From NCBI RefSeq assembly GCF_018977255.1, contig NW_024704743.1, positions 68,636,001 through 68,700,000 of the forward strand: 64,000 nt of DNA, in the 5' to 3' direction. A program made the position numbers and the translations under genes. The stretch comes from Callorhinchus milii. Taxonomy: Eukaryota. How positions within the stretch are numbered: position 1 is the stretch's first letter; each line of letters starts with the position of its first letter. Below, one piece after another: positions 1 through 61,014 of the stretch. Below the pieces are notes generated by a model. The model was not told where the DNA came from and did no database searches. It was given only the letters and a program-made list of their open reading frames with translations.

Positions 1-770
1 CGAGATCCACAATGCAAGGATTATTATTATTATTCATCACTTCTAGGCTTGATTACACCAACTCCCTACTTGTCGGTCTTCCCAACTTGCCTTTGGTTAC
101 CCTCCTGCCCCCACCCTCTCTGACCTCTACCCCTCCTGATCCCAACCACTAGCTCAGGTGCAAATCCTTGACTGAGTTCCCAAAAGTGGTTTCACTGGTT
201 TCTTAGTGGTCACATCTGCCAACATCTCTCACACTCAGCATCAAAGGCTTTGCAATTAGAACTGGGAAAATATGTGCCAACTCAGCCTTGTTCGGTGCAG
301 AGGAGCAGACAATGTCTCGATTTGTCACAAACACAGGGTTTGGAATTTCACTTTTTTTAACCTGACTGAAGGCCTGAACAATTCAAAAAGAATATCAGGC
401 GAGACACCAAAATATGCTGCTGATTATACGATTGACAAGTGAAAACCTCAAACGTCTGGAAACAAACACACAAAGTTACGCTGCTGTCTTCAGAGACATG
501 TTAATACCAGCACTGAAGCCTGGCCAAGCCAGATTTCACAGTTACTGCAGTTTGCCGACATAATCGGCTTAATCGTATACTGTGAACAAGAAGAAACAAA
601 TGCTTCTGTAGCCCTGAGAATCCTTTGAATCTCTGTGTTTAGATTGTAATCTTGAATAGGCTTGTCATTCACTGTAGCAAAAAGTTAAACGTTCCTTTGG
701 AACCACAGTAACCAGATTTTACACAGTACCTTTAACGTGAACTGAAATAAGATAAAATAAGCTGGTTATT

Positions 771-1408
771 TTGTCCAGGAACGCCTTCCTCCATCTCCAT
801 CCGTACCTTACCCCAAATGCAGCCGAAACCCTTGTGCACGTGTTTGTCACCACCCGCCTGGATTACTCAAATGCACTCCTCGCTGGTCTCCCCAGCTTCA
901 CCATTTACAAGCTCCAGCTCATTGAGAACTCTGCTGCCCACATACTGACTCGGACCAAACTCCATACCCACATCTCACCAGTTCTGGTCAGGCTCCACTG
1001 GCTCCCCATCACCGAACTGATCGACCTCAAGATCCTCACATTCGTGTTCAAATCCCTTCATTCCCTGGCACCTCCCTACCTCTGAAACCTCCTCAATCCC
1101 CAAACAACCACCTAGAGCCTCCGCTCAACTAGCTCCGACCTCCTGCTCGCCCCTCACATCCTCCGCTCCACCATTGGAGGTAGCGCTTTCAGCCGCTATG
1201 CCCTGAAGCTCTGGAACACTCTCCCTCAATCCCTCCACTTTACCCTCTTTCTCCCCTTTTTCAAGTCCCACTTGAAAACCTTCCTTTTCGACCGTATTTA
1301 CAGTCATCTCCCCCATCTCCGGCTCGGAGTCAGGCTCCACCACTGTTAAGCGCTCTGGGACGCTACCTTGCATGGAGGGCGCTATATAAGTGCAAGTTGT
1401 TGTTCTTG
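771..1408 (+). mobile_element. L2-clade LINE, 5'-truncated 3' fragment
   Basis: RLDYSNALLAGLP...LHWLPI...LAPPYL (L2 ORF2 C-terminus), tail stem-loop and (TTG)n tail. Confidence 0.85.
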
Positions 1409-2324
1409 TAGTTATGATATTTTTCAGCCTGTCTGTAATTAAAACCAACAATTGCTTGTACTAATTTTGAACATTGATGTTTACTTTGTTATTAATATAA
1501 ATAATGTTTTTAAAAATCCTTCTCTTGTTGGTGTAACAACTGGAACACCTGGAGGAAATAACTCCAAAGGCTCCAAGACTCTTCCCAACACAGGTCTAAT
1601 AACACAGAAGCTGGCTATAAACTTAGTCAACACCTATTTTTAAATTTACTTTTATTCCAGAGAAACTGCACCAACCAGTGCTGTGAAGTGCCTGACTGAT
1701 TTATTTATAAAAAGCCCTGTGATTGGAAATACTGCACTGTTTACATTGGAAAGTTGGTGGTAAAAGGGAGGGGTGTAGAATGCACAGGCACTGATTTCTT
1801 GTCAGCTTTCCTGCGGCCTATATTTGTAAAGTCACTATAAGGCGCTCTGGGAAGGTGCCCCCTGTGCAGGACGCTATATAAATGCAAGTTGTTTTGTTGT
1901 ATCAACCCTGCGAGGGTTACTTGTAAATTGCTTTTCACAAGCCTGGTACTAACAGCCTTTCCTTCTCTATTGCTGGGGGTTCTGAGCTGTGCCAGCAAGT
2001 ACGGCTTTCAACGAAAACAACAACTTGCATTTATATAGCGCCCTCCACACCAGGCGACGTCTCAGAGCGCATTCCTCTTCTTCTAATGGAAAGTTCCAAT
2101 CTGTTCACAGTGGCAACCCTGCCTCTTGAGGCTGAAATTCCGCACAGCCTTAGCCTTAAGATTATTGTTTTTTTTAAAAATTAAGATCGTGCAAACTTTT
2201 GGAAAATTCTTCAGTTTGGTCTTTAATTTCAAACTGTTCTTTTTTTTACTGTACTTCTTAAAAACACTGAATTCAGAAAATTTTTAAAATTCTGCACAAA
2301 GACATATTATAGACAAGTCTCGAG

Positions 2325-2849
2325 TCTTCTATGTCATTAAGGTTTAAAGGCATGAAGGAATTTGGATTTTGTAAATCCTCCACAAGAACCACTGAACCTC
2401 CTTTGTGTAGCATTTTGTTCACATGCTACCTCATAGAACTGGTTCAGATAAACCAGTTCTGTGCTAGCCTGAGGGTGCATGTGCCTGGAATTCACTCCAT
2501 TTTACCTGGTAGGTGGAGCCCAAGACACCAGCAGCAGTGAGGTGGAAACAACTGTACCTGTGCAGTGGTGCGTTGTTGAAATTTACACACATGCATTGTT
2601 TAAAACATGCACCCGTGCAGTTTTTTCTAAGCCATGCAGCGTGCATTTTAAAAATTATTCTGTCAGCCTGGCTTTGATTGATGACATTCTCACATCTTCT
2701 GTGATTGTCACCGAAGGCTAAAGCATGAAGGATTTGGGTTTTCTGAGTTGTCACAGAACCACTGAACCTCCTTTGTGCCTCATTTTTGCTCACATGCTAC
2801 CTCCGAGAACTGGTTCAGATAAACTGGTTCTGTGGTAGCCTGAGGGTGC
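2325..2849. repeat. Local direct duplication of ~150 bp (2325..2478 and 2695..2849), each copy containing a hairpin
   Basis: AGAACCACTGAACCTCCTTTGTG...CACATGCTACCTC..AGAACTGGTTCAGATAAAC...TAGCCTGAGGGTGC occurs twice. Confidence 0.85.
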
Positions 2850-5800
2850 TATTGCAGTCAAAGGATCCAGCTTGGATTCAAGCCCCACATCAGGACTTTG
2901 AATTCACAGTGCAGACTGACACTCCAATGCTGAGCACTGCTTTATCGGAGCTGCTGACCTACAGATGAGACATTAAAATCCACCTGAACAGGCAGACAGA
3001 CCACGTTTAAAGATCCTCTGGTACTATTCGAAAAGACAAGGGGGTTTCTCCCTGTGTCTTGACCAATAATTGCCCAGGGGGTCGGTGTATCGCTTCACAT
3101 GTATTACACCACTGCTCCTGAGAGCAAGCCTGCCACCCGAGGCAGCACCAAAAGTTACAAATACACAGTTCCTACACTTTACAGTAAATTCTGTGGAGGA
3201 CTTTGAGACATTTTGTCGATGCAATTAAGCTAAATAAAATGAAAGTATTATTATTAAATGGAGCATTGATGGTGCTTCATCCTGTTATACTAGTTGTGAT
3301 ATTTCAGAGGGAACCTTATCTGTATTTGGTTTAGTTTGCTGATGTTGTCATAGAATCACAGAATCTTACAGCACAGAAGGAGACCGTTTTGGCCCATCGT
3401 ACCTGTGCCGACTCTGAAAGATTGACTCATTTGGTTCCACTCCCCCGCTCTTATACTTTTTCTTTGCACGTGAACTATTTGCATTGTATCTATTCTGTCT
3501 ATTGTTTAATACGTCTATTGTTTTGTGAAGCAAATGGATGGCCTCTGGGCAAGAAATCCTTAAACCTGAATAATAACAACAACAAAATTATATTTGTATA
3601 GCGCCTTTCACTTCGGGAGGACGTCCCAAGATGCTGGACAGTCAGTATTTCAGGATAACCCCAGGGTTTGCAGTAACCTGGGTTCAATTACTGAAATAAT
3701 AGATTGTGTTTTAATTCTGTTGCACTTCCTGTGAAAAGTAGCCACGTGGACCCAAATTAGTGGCCACGTGGACCCAGATGATTCCATGTTTACTGACCTT
3801 TACCGCATCTGAACTTTTTACTGGTTCCACTGTTACAATGAGGTTACTCATGAGTGTGGATATTTGTGTCCATTCTTAAATCAGACTTTAACAGATTAAT
3901 TTCCAATGGACAAATGTACTAAGATTTTGCATTTCAATGTAGCATTTAAAAATCAGTTTTGGAAATACAGCATAAGACAGTATTATACAGCACCAACCCT
4001 TCAACCCCCAGAGGAAACATCTGCCATTGTGGATGTATAAAATGGATTATAAATCATAATCTATTCAGACATTCTATTCTATTACAGATCATGAAACATC
4101 TTATAATGTATTAGTTTTTGATTAAGAAGAACTCTCCAGTGACCTCGCGGAGGGAAAAATCTATGTCAGATTGTTATGCGGAACGACTGAGCTCGGCATA
4201 CTGAGCCATAATAGGTTTATATATTAACAGTAAAAGTAAGTAAATGAATTACAAATACCAATGAAAAAATGACTCTTCGGTCCTTTTCTCCCTAACCACA
4301 TGATTTAGACTAGGTTTAGGACACTGCTGCTTAATGCTCTCGCCTTTGTGATTAAGGTCACGAGAAGTAGATCCTGAAACAAATCTGCTGAGAGCTCATG
4401 CAGTATCCACCAAGTTCCAGCCCCCTGAATCCAGGAGGAAGATCAAGGGAGAACAGTGTTGGATAGGTTTTAAATATATGCAAAAAAAAATTCATTTAAC
4501 TTTACATAAAACGCAAAGCATTTTCAAAAAGGTGATTTATTTAAATGACGTATGCGCTTTCGAAAGGCCATTGTATTTTGATAGTTTAAAGACTTCTTAA
4601 CAAAAATAATAAAAATAATCATTGGATAAATAAAAATAATATAATAATAATCCTTGCATTTGATATGGTGCCTTATCACATCTTCGGGACGTCTCATAGC
4701 GCTTCACAGAATATACTATAAAAGTGAATTGATTATATTTTGTGGGCGAAACACAGCAGCCAATTGCGCACAGCAGTGTCCCACAAAGAGTCGTGGATTG
4801 AGTGACCATTTGGTAAAGCGCCTTTCATATAGAAAGGACAACTCAAAGCACATCACAGGATACTACTGTAATGTGTAGTGATTGTGTATTTTGTATCAAG
4901 TATGTAAATAGGGCTGTTCACATTGACACAAGCACCACAGTGTCTGTGCTATAATTGTGTAATTGTGTTTATGAACTTTCAAAAGTAGACAAACTAAACA
5001 ACATTTCAAAAGACGGCTGTTTCTCATCCGAAGGTAGTTTATGCCATGGACGTGTGCTGGAGTTTTGGGAATTCAGCTCATTTATACATTTCTCAATGTA
5101 AGACTATCCCTATTTCTAGGTAAACTTCTTTTTCCTCCCCTTGTTTGTGTGTTAGTGTCACATTATTGTCTTTCGGATGAGACATTAAAGTCCCGTCTGC
5201 CTACTTTCGGATGGATCTTTAAAGACACTATATGAAAAGAGAAAGGAGATTATCGTGATGTCATGGCAAACAATCCTCCAGATTAATTGCTGAATGGCCT
5301 TGTGGCTGCTTTAGGATGTTGCAGTCATAAAAGGTCTGTAGTGTTTCCCTATATATAAAAAAACAGTTACTGCGCTTGATAGTAACTAGCTGTGAAGTGG
5401 TTTGACACATTTTGATGTGATATGGTGCTATTAAAAATGCAAGTTCTATCAATCGATGTTTTTAAAATTATAAAAAATGCCACAGGGGTTTACCAAACAT
5501 GTTAAAAGAGGTGAGCCATCAGGTTTGGTTTGTGCAACCTGAAAGATGCATTTATTACCAACTTAAAATCTGTTTTGACAGTAAAGTGTACACTGCAGGG
5601 ACACTTCAACTCTGAAAGGATCATGTTATGGAGCGTAGATCTGTGAAACTGAAAGACATCCTCTCAGGGTTCAGCAGGAGAAAGTCCAAGATGGGATAGT
5701 GATAAATGTGCATTATGGTTAATCTTGGAAGTATAAAAAGATTATAAATCATAATGTTCTACTTTGACAGTCAGATCATTCTTGATACAGAATGTGAGAT

Positions 5801-6053
5801 GGTTTATAATTTATCACAGTCAGTTGTTGTTGAACAGATATTCCCCAGTGACCTCAAGGGAGGTATACATGTCTACTTTGGCAGAAGGTTTGCCATGATA
5901 TTGCTTTTATATAGTAGTAAAGATAATAGTCATCAATTCTAATGACAAGTGCCTGGTGCTTTGCTCCTAATTATCTATTATAGGTCTGTGTCTCAACCCT
6001 CTCTTTCTCTGGATTATGTCACTCAGATTACGGCTGTGAAACTACTGTGAGCC

Positions 6054-6379
6054 ATAATAATAATAATAATCCTTGCATTTGATATAGCGCTTTTCACGTC
6101 GGGAGGACGTCCCAAAGCGCTTCACAGAACACACTGTAAAGTGAATTGACTGTATATTTGTGGGCGAACGCGGCAGCCAATTGCGCACAGCAATGTCCCA
6201 CAAACAGTCGTAGATTGAAAATGACCAATTTATTATTGTTTTTTGTTTTTGGAGGGATTATTATTAGGCTTGTGGAGTAAGGAAACTTGCCCAAGGTTTC
6301 GCCCTGACCTGCCTGGAATTGAACTCAGGTCTCTCGCTTGCAAAGCGAGTGCTCTAACCACTGAGCTACAGGACTCCAC
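6054..6379 (-). mobile_element. tRNA-derived SINE (tRNA-Ala-like head, L2-type tail, (ATT)n), near full length
   Basis: Head GTGGAGTCCTGTAGCTCAGTGGTTAGAGCAC...GTTCAATTCC with A and B boxes on the minus strand; many similar copies in the window. Confidence 0.85.
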
Positions 6380-6894
6380 TCCATCACAGTGCAGCCCCTT
6401 GCGTTCTCCTCACCACATCCTCAATTGAGGATAACAAATCAATTCATAGTTATAGTTAAGAATAGACAAACAAACACCCTTTTGCTGGTGCTGTAGTTGC
6501 ACAGGTTGTGACACATCAGTATTGGCACCCAAGCTCATTTGGATTCAATAGGAGCAGATTAATTGCACCACAGATCTGGCTCCTGGGTACTCCTGCACAA
6601 AGGAAAAGTATAACGTCCGTTTAATAAGTTTTTGTACAGTACACAAAGCTCTTAATTGTATCTTACAGAATGTGTGCCTGATGTGTATTTTGTTTCTTTT
6701 CCTGTTCTGCTTGGGATGCAGAGTGACCTCTAGTGACCACTTTAGGAAAAAAACCTCAACAACTGCTCTGTCAGGTGTGGTTGTACTGGAATATTGTCTA
6801 AGGCCTGCCAAATGGAGTGGCAAGGCAAAGCAGTACTGCAGCTGCACCTTGCATAATCCTGCAACACGTGCCTTTTCTCACTCTAGTTTTGGTC

Positions 6895-7335
6895 AACTGG
6901 GCATCTGACACATGCGGAAACCCGTCACCATGCTTAGGAAGGTCAAACCAAACTGAGAGGTCCATGCACCTCACCTACACATGGAAATTCCCGAGATATT
7001 TATTGTCATAGAATGCACACTCTCTCCCTGGTGGGACGAATCCTGCTTACTTAATTCCAGAAAATAATAGGCGCAGGTTGGCAAGAGCCAAGGCTTGGGG
7101 ATCCTAGAGTATTCGTTGGGGTACTGCTGGGGTCTAACCAGCTAAAATCACATCACTTGCCATCGAGTACGGCAAGCTTTTCCATTTTTTTTTCCAGCTA
7201 GGACCACCAAGGTTTAATTGGAGCAGAGTGGGAAAAGTCCTTACCCCCAGTGACTGGTCTGCCCTTCCAAATTCTGCTGATGAGCCAGGCTGGCTGGGCT
7301 GTCATCAACAGGGCCCTGGAGTATGACAGACCGAT
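6895..7335 (+). repeat. Unclassified interspersed repeat ('family C')
   Basis: GGAAACCCGTCACCATGCTTA...CCTGCTTAC...GGCAAGAGCCAAGGCTT...CTAACCAGCTAAAA; recurs about 10 times in the window. Confidence 0.75.
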
Positions 7336-9958
7336 AGTCACCATCAGGACACTTGACTTGCCGTCTGCCAAGTGCGGGTTTGAGCTGGGTAGATGACAAG
7401 TACCAAGACCTCGCTGCGAGCTTTCTCATGGGTAACACAACTCAGCATGGAATGTGTGCGAGCATTGCCACCGTCTTCCTACCCACAACTCGGACACACG
7501 TCCCTTCCTTCTCTCAGACTTTTACTTTCCTGGAGGCATTTACTTCTTTTTATTTCTGACGAGCTGGTGTTTCACTGGCTCAAGCACCTCAGAGAAGCTA
7601 TCCATGCTTGTATGAGTCTAAACTGTGAACCCTGGCTGCTCCTGCCCAACCCTGATCTCGGTGGCCGATTGTGCCAACCTGGCTGAGGTCAGCTTACTCT
7701 TCACAGGCCAGAGAACAAACCTAGGGCTTTCTCTGTCCTAGATGGCTCAGCATTCCTGAAGAAACATCCTGAGCTGCTGGGGTTGCTAATCATGAATCTG
7801 TAATGAAATGCAATTTACGTTGATACAGCAGCTTTCACACTTGGAGGACGTCTCAAAGCGCCTTAATGCCCCTTACACTGAACTATGGGAGCCGGTATTG
7901 GGAGTATGAATGAGAGTAGTATAAGAGAACAGCCATCATTCTGTACGGCCTGTTTGCATTGCCCCTGATCAGAGGAAAACAATGCTTCACACCTGCATGT
8001 TTTACTACTGTATCTTTTTTTGCCGGATGGAAGCATTTGAAAAGTTGCTAAAGAACTAATGGAAAACAATAGATACTGTAGTTCTTTTCTAACTTTTGAA
8101 AGTTAGGGTTAAACAGGCCACCTGAGCATATTTTATCCTCTCCTGAAGTCACTAACTAAAGCCTAGGTAGATTCAGATGTGTGCAGGCTGTGAGTGTTTG
8201 CAGGCTATTTGAGGGCACACATGACCCCCACACATGAACTTTCTAGTGTGGTGGAATTGGGGTATTAACACTTGGGAGCATGAATTGTAGAAACAATGAA
8301 TGTTACAATACAGAAAATGAGTGATCAGCGTACCAAGCCTGTGCTGGGGTTTTCTCCACAGGGAACACCAGATCTAATTGCATTGCATGCTCTCCCATTC
8401 CCTTTAATCTTCCCGCACTTTGAGCATCTATCCAATTGTCTTTTAAAATACCAACCATCCTCTGTCTACAGAATTGTTCCGTTGATCTCCCCTGTAATTC
8501 TTCTATGTCATCTTCAATTTCTGCCTTCCTGCTGATCTTGTTTTACCTCTCCAGCCCAGACATGCTAAAGACTGTGCGATTTGACCCACATTCCCACCAC
8601 TTGCCAATCTCTTTAGTCATTGTTTGAAGTGTTGTCTGCACGCCCCTATTTAATTGTACTCCAACCAATACACATTGCTAACAGTGCGAGACCATCTCTC
8701 AAGGTGATCTCAGTGCTGACGCCAGACTGTCCATTTCTCACATGTTGGCAGTGCTATACTGCACCCTTAACATTTGTGTGATGCAAAAGATAATGAACAC
8801 ACACACACACACATGCTGACCAGCACTGATGCTCTGTTTGTTTAGCTGTTGTACAGAGAACCTATTCTACATTAAACTGGTGGGATGCTTTTTGAACATG
8901 AGCTCTGGAGAGATGTCTAAATTCAGAAGTTAAAAGCAAAATGTACCATCCTACAATTGCCTTGTGTTTAATCCTGGCTCGGTTGGTAGTTCTCTTGCCT
9001 CCGAGTCAGAAGGTTGTAGGATCAAGTACCACATGGAGACTTCAAACTCACAGTTGAGGCAGACTGGTGTTAGCTGAGCAGAGGGAGCGGCCAGGGCAGT
9101 CAGGAGTTACAGGAGGTAGGGAGGTGCGAGATTGTGGAGGGATCTGAACACACGGACGAACATAAGGAAGAATGGCCACTTGGGTAGGCTGCAGGAAGCG
9201 CCCGGTCTCATAGAACCTTTTGTAGGAACAGAAAAGTAAAGATGCTTCAGGAGAGGGGAGGAGAGAGAAAATTAGCAGCATTTAAAAAAAACTTCAATGT
9301 ACTTTTTCTTCCGCGGGTAGTTTTAGACTAAGTAGATGATTTTTCTGAATCTTATTTTCACTGATGGATCAGATGTTTCTGGCATAGAACAGCTGCTAAT
9401 CTTTTGAGGAGAGAGGGGAAGGGGGAGAGGGTTAAATTCCTGGACGTTTCATCATCAACATTGGGATTTGCAAGCAGTTGAACAAATAGATCTATTTTTG
9501 TCCTGCAGATGTTGTCAGTTCTACTCACTCAAGGTAATTTATCTCCTGTAATTGAAGGTTATGAGCGAGTGTCTGACCTGGGCTTTACGGAACTGAAATA
9601 AGTCTAAGTGGAGTTAGCAAGCTTCACTGCAACAGGTTGTTTTATAGCAAAAAATGCACTGTGATGTTGGAGTGGGTTGAAATAAAGACACGCTAATTCT
9701 ACTATGATCCTGTGGTTGCAAAGAATGCTTTTGGTTTGATGTAATTTATAACCTTCGAGCTTGCCAGTAATGTTACAGTAAATTCATTTTGATACAATCT
9801 TAGTTCAAACTTAGAAAATGTGCATATATTGCATTTGTGTACTAAAACACGCTGCACTTGATTGCTCTGAAGCCCTTGTTTCAATGTGATTAAGGCACTA
9901 TAAAAATGCAATACATTTCTTTTAATATCTAATGTGTGTTTTTTCTTCTTTATTGCAG

Positions 9959-57487
<47,529 letters not shown>

Positions 57488-58737
57488 GTAAGTAAAAAAG
57501 TCAATCATCCCTATACTTGGTTGATTGCCATTCGCATGAAGGATGAACAGATGTTAAGTTCCAATTACAATTTGTTCAATCTAGTAGCAAAGTGAATTAT
57601 TCGAAAAAAGAAGAGTTTCTCCTGGTGTCTTGGCCAACAATCCCCCTAACTAAATTGGTCATTCACATGACGGCTGTTTATGTGCACATTGGCTGCCATA
57701 TTTGCCTATAAAATATACAGTCAATACTATAGTATGCACTGTGAAGCACTTTGAGAGATCCTCCGCATTGGGAGGATTATTATTATTATACTATAAGTGA
57801 AAGGATTGTTATTACACAAATCACATGAGAGGTTCAGATGAGGAGGTCTATTTGATCTCAACCTACCCTACTATCAATTTTGTTACTGCACCAAGCTATA
57901 TTTTAAATTAATTCGACATCCTAGCCTCAAACTTTCTTTTCTGGTATCCTATTTCATTAATTACTCTCTATGTAAATAAATACTTTCTGGTATCTGCCTC
58001 AAATTGCCTTTTGCACCCTCAACCTATGATTATTTGGGAGAAGACTTCTGTACTTTGTATACTTTGGTACACAGCCAATTTAGGTGTATTCCTAAAGATG
58101 TGATCCCAACATGAAAGACGCTATATAAATACAAATTGTATTGGGTTGCTCACCGCATTAACCTATTATTTTGCATCAGTTTGTGGAGAGCAATAAAAAG
58201 TGGCGGACGGTTGGACTCTGAGCCAGATTGAAAAATCAAACGTTACTTAGTCCTATTTCTCCAATTAATTTTTAGCATCTTTTAAAAGTTAGCACCACAT
58301 TGTTGCTCAGCCAATTAAGACCATTGACTGGTGATCATCACAGAGGTACAGGAAATAAAGCCCTTCTGCCCATTTGATCTATTCCTGGAATATTCACTGT
58401 TCTTTCTTCCCATTACAGCATCAAACCTTTTCTTGAAAGAAACTAGTGCTCTGGCCTCTACCACTTTCCTAGTAACCTATTCAAATTGTTGATTGCCATC
58501 TGAGTAAATTAATGCTTCCTGGTGGCTGCCCTAAAATTGCCCCTCTTGTCCTGCTGCCTTTGCATATCTAATGAATGAGGAACAGGTTTTGCATTCAGTT
58601 CCCTGATCCTCATCTGATACCTCTTAGTGGCATTAATAAACACCAACTCTGTGGTTGAGGTTTACTTTGGAGCAGTTCAGAGTAATATGTGTTTGTGCGT
58701 TGCACTTCAAATGATCAGTTCATAGATTTTCAGTATC

Positions 58738-59105
58738 AGCCTGGCTCAGTTGTTAGCACTCACACCTCTGAAATGAATCAGAAGTTTGTGGGTTCAAGCC
58801 AACTCCACACAGGACTTTGAACTCGCATAGTCCAGGTTGACACTTCAGTTCATTGTTAAGGGCTTGCTATGCCGTTCCCGTCCTTCGGATGAAATGTTAA
58901 ACCGAGGCCCCGTCTGCCTGTTCAGGTGGACATTAAAGATCCCATGGCACTATTCAGAAAGAGAAGGGATTTTCCCCAATGTCTTCACTTAATAACCCAC
59001 AGATAAAATTGTTTATTCACTTCATGGCCATTTGTAAATCCTGTGAAGCCTGTGAGATGTCCTGGTGTAAAAAGGGAGATATCAAACACAGGGATTATTA
59101 TTATT
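58738..59105 (+). mobile_element. Older Deu-domain SINE. Further copies at about 2860..3255(+), 8975..9100(+), 40660..40990(+) and 52115..52510(-)
   Basis: CTTCGGATGAAATGTTAAACCGAGGCCCCGTCTGCCTGTTCAGGTGGACATTAAAGATCCCATGGCACTATT core. Confidence 0.7.
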
Positions 59106-61014
59106 CATAACAACGAAATTTAGCAAATGTTTCAAGAAAACTGCAGCAGGAAGAGGACTCATAGACTGCAAAGATGAGTACAGAGGTTATATACAGGGAA
59201 AGGTCTAATTACTCAGGCATGATGGAAGAATAATGTGCGAAGTGACTTCTGGTGACCTGTCAAGCTGTCACTAATCTGTGGCATTTTGTAAATCCAGACT
59301 TGTCATCAGAAGCTGTGAGCACATCCCTGCCAATGAAGTCACCATCTCAATCAATCTTTTTACAACAGGGAATTTCCATACACCATCTGGAGTCATTACT
59401 GTATTAGCCAAACTTTTTCGTCAAGGTACATTCATCCAGTGGCAGCAGTTTTGTTGCTAGGCACAAGACACAATGTGCAGTCATTGCCTTAGTGCCAGTC
59501 TCTGAGCTACTGAGTGAAATGTGTACTGTTGATGCAGATATCTCAGACAGCAATCCTTGCTCTGCGGGATCTGGATCTGGCCTATCTCTTTCATCTTTAA
59601 AAGGATAACAAAGAAATCCAATGTAGGATGCCAACTAAGCGATTTTTCCACCTCTATTTGAAACTTATGTAAAACAAACTAAATGTTTACACTTCATTTC
59701 CGTATTGCAATACAAAGCATCACAGCTTCTTTCCTACATTTCTAAATTCCTGGAAATTTGCCCTCAGGACTACTGGTTCTTGCCAACCTATGTTTTTTAT
59801 TTCCGAGTAATTCAATAATAAGATTATTTGGGGAAGAAGGATTTTGCTCCCACCCTCACACACATACACACACACACATTCCCGTAGATATACGTACTTT
59901 TGACAGGCAACATATTCTTGCATTTAAAGGAAAGAGAATGTTATTGAATTACATTTAGCATTCAGAAGAAAATAAACAACACTAAATACTTTAACTGCTA
60001 ATACTGACTTGCATGATGCACAGAGCCAGTCGTTAGTATTCCCAAATTGACCTGTCTCAGCGCTCCCTTTGATAAGATTTATTTTCCTGACTTTTTGATG
60101 AGTCCTTATTAATATCTAATATTACATTTACTCTGGAGACAACCGTCTTGCTTTGTTGTAAGACTCTGCCACTCCACCACCCGCAGTTCTTCACAATGAA
60201 CCATTAGCTTTCAGAAGTGTTTTTGCTATTATAAGCAAGTAACAAACAGATGGTGCCTAATCTAACCACATGTCGTTTTTTAATGGCAGAGCAGGGTTTT
60301 GAAAAGAAAATCTGTTATAAAGTGTAGCTTTTCTTCGCTAATGCCAGTCATTCACAATTGCCAATTTCCAAATGCAGAACCATAATTGACCTCTTCTTAT
60401 TCTTCTGAACACTATTGTGTATGGGACATAAAATCGGAGCAAAAGGAAACATTTCTAAAAAGAGGGAATAAATATTTTATACTAAGGACACCAATAATCC
60501 ATTCCTTCCCTCTCCATTGGAACTGAATTGACTTTCTGACACTGTATCTTCTATCTCACCAATACTAAGCAGCCATTTTGATAACTTTCTTACTGATTTC
60601 CTTATGTTTGGAGAAGCCCAGCAGCAAGGAATACGACATCTCAAAGTCGTGATAAGGCGCTATATCAAATACAAGGATTATTATTATTAAAATTTGTTTT
60701 AAAACCATAAAATAAATGAAATTTGTATACATAATATATATGCTGTATTACGTCCAATTTATAGAGTGACTTCTATTTCAAATGAAACATTACCACGCAT
60801 ATAATAACATAAAATAATAAAACAAAAGTGAGTTGCTCTCGGAATTCAGCTAATAGACAATTACAGCATAAAATCAGGCTGTTTGGCACAACTAATCCAT
60901 GCCGTTCTTTATCCCGTCTCTCATATCCCTTTATTCCCTTCTCTGACAATTTAACTAATTAGAGGAAGTGATTTTGCAATTCTTGCAAACTCACCATTGA
61001 TTATTGTTTATCCT

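Noticed and set aside
8797..8813. (CA)n tract in intron 1, reminiscent of the human EGFR regulatory CA repeat
   Set aside because: It is short and at the 3' end of the intron, whereas the human repeat is near exon 1; there is no evidence of homology.
490..9281. Numerous 60-110 aa ORFs in intron 1 and other introns
   Set aside because: No recognisable domains or splice-consistent structure; these are random or repeat-derived frames.
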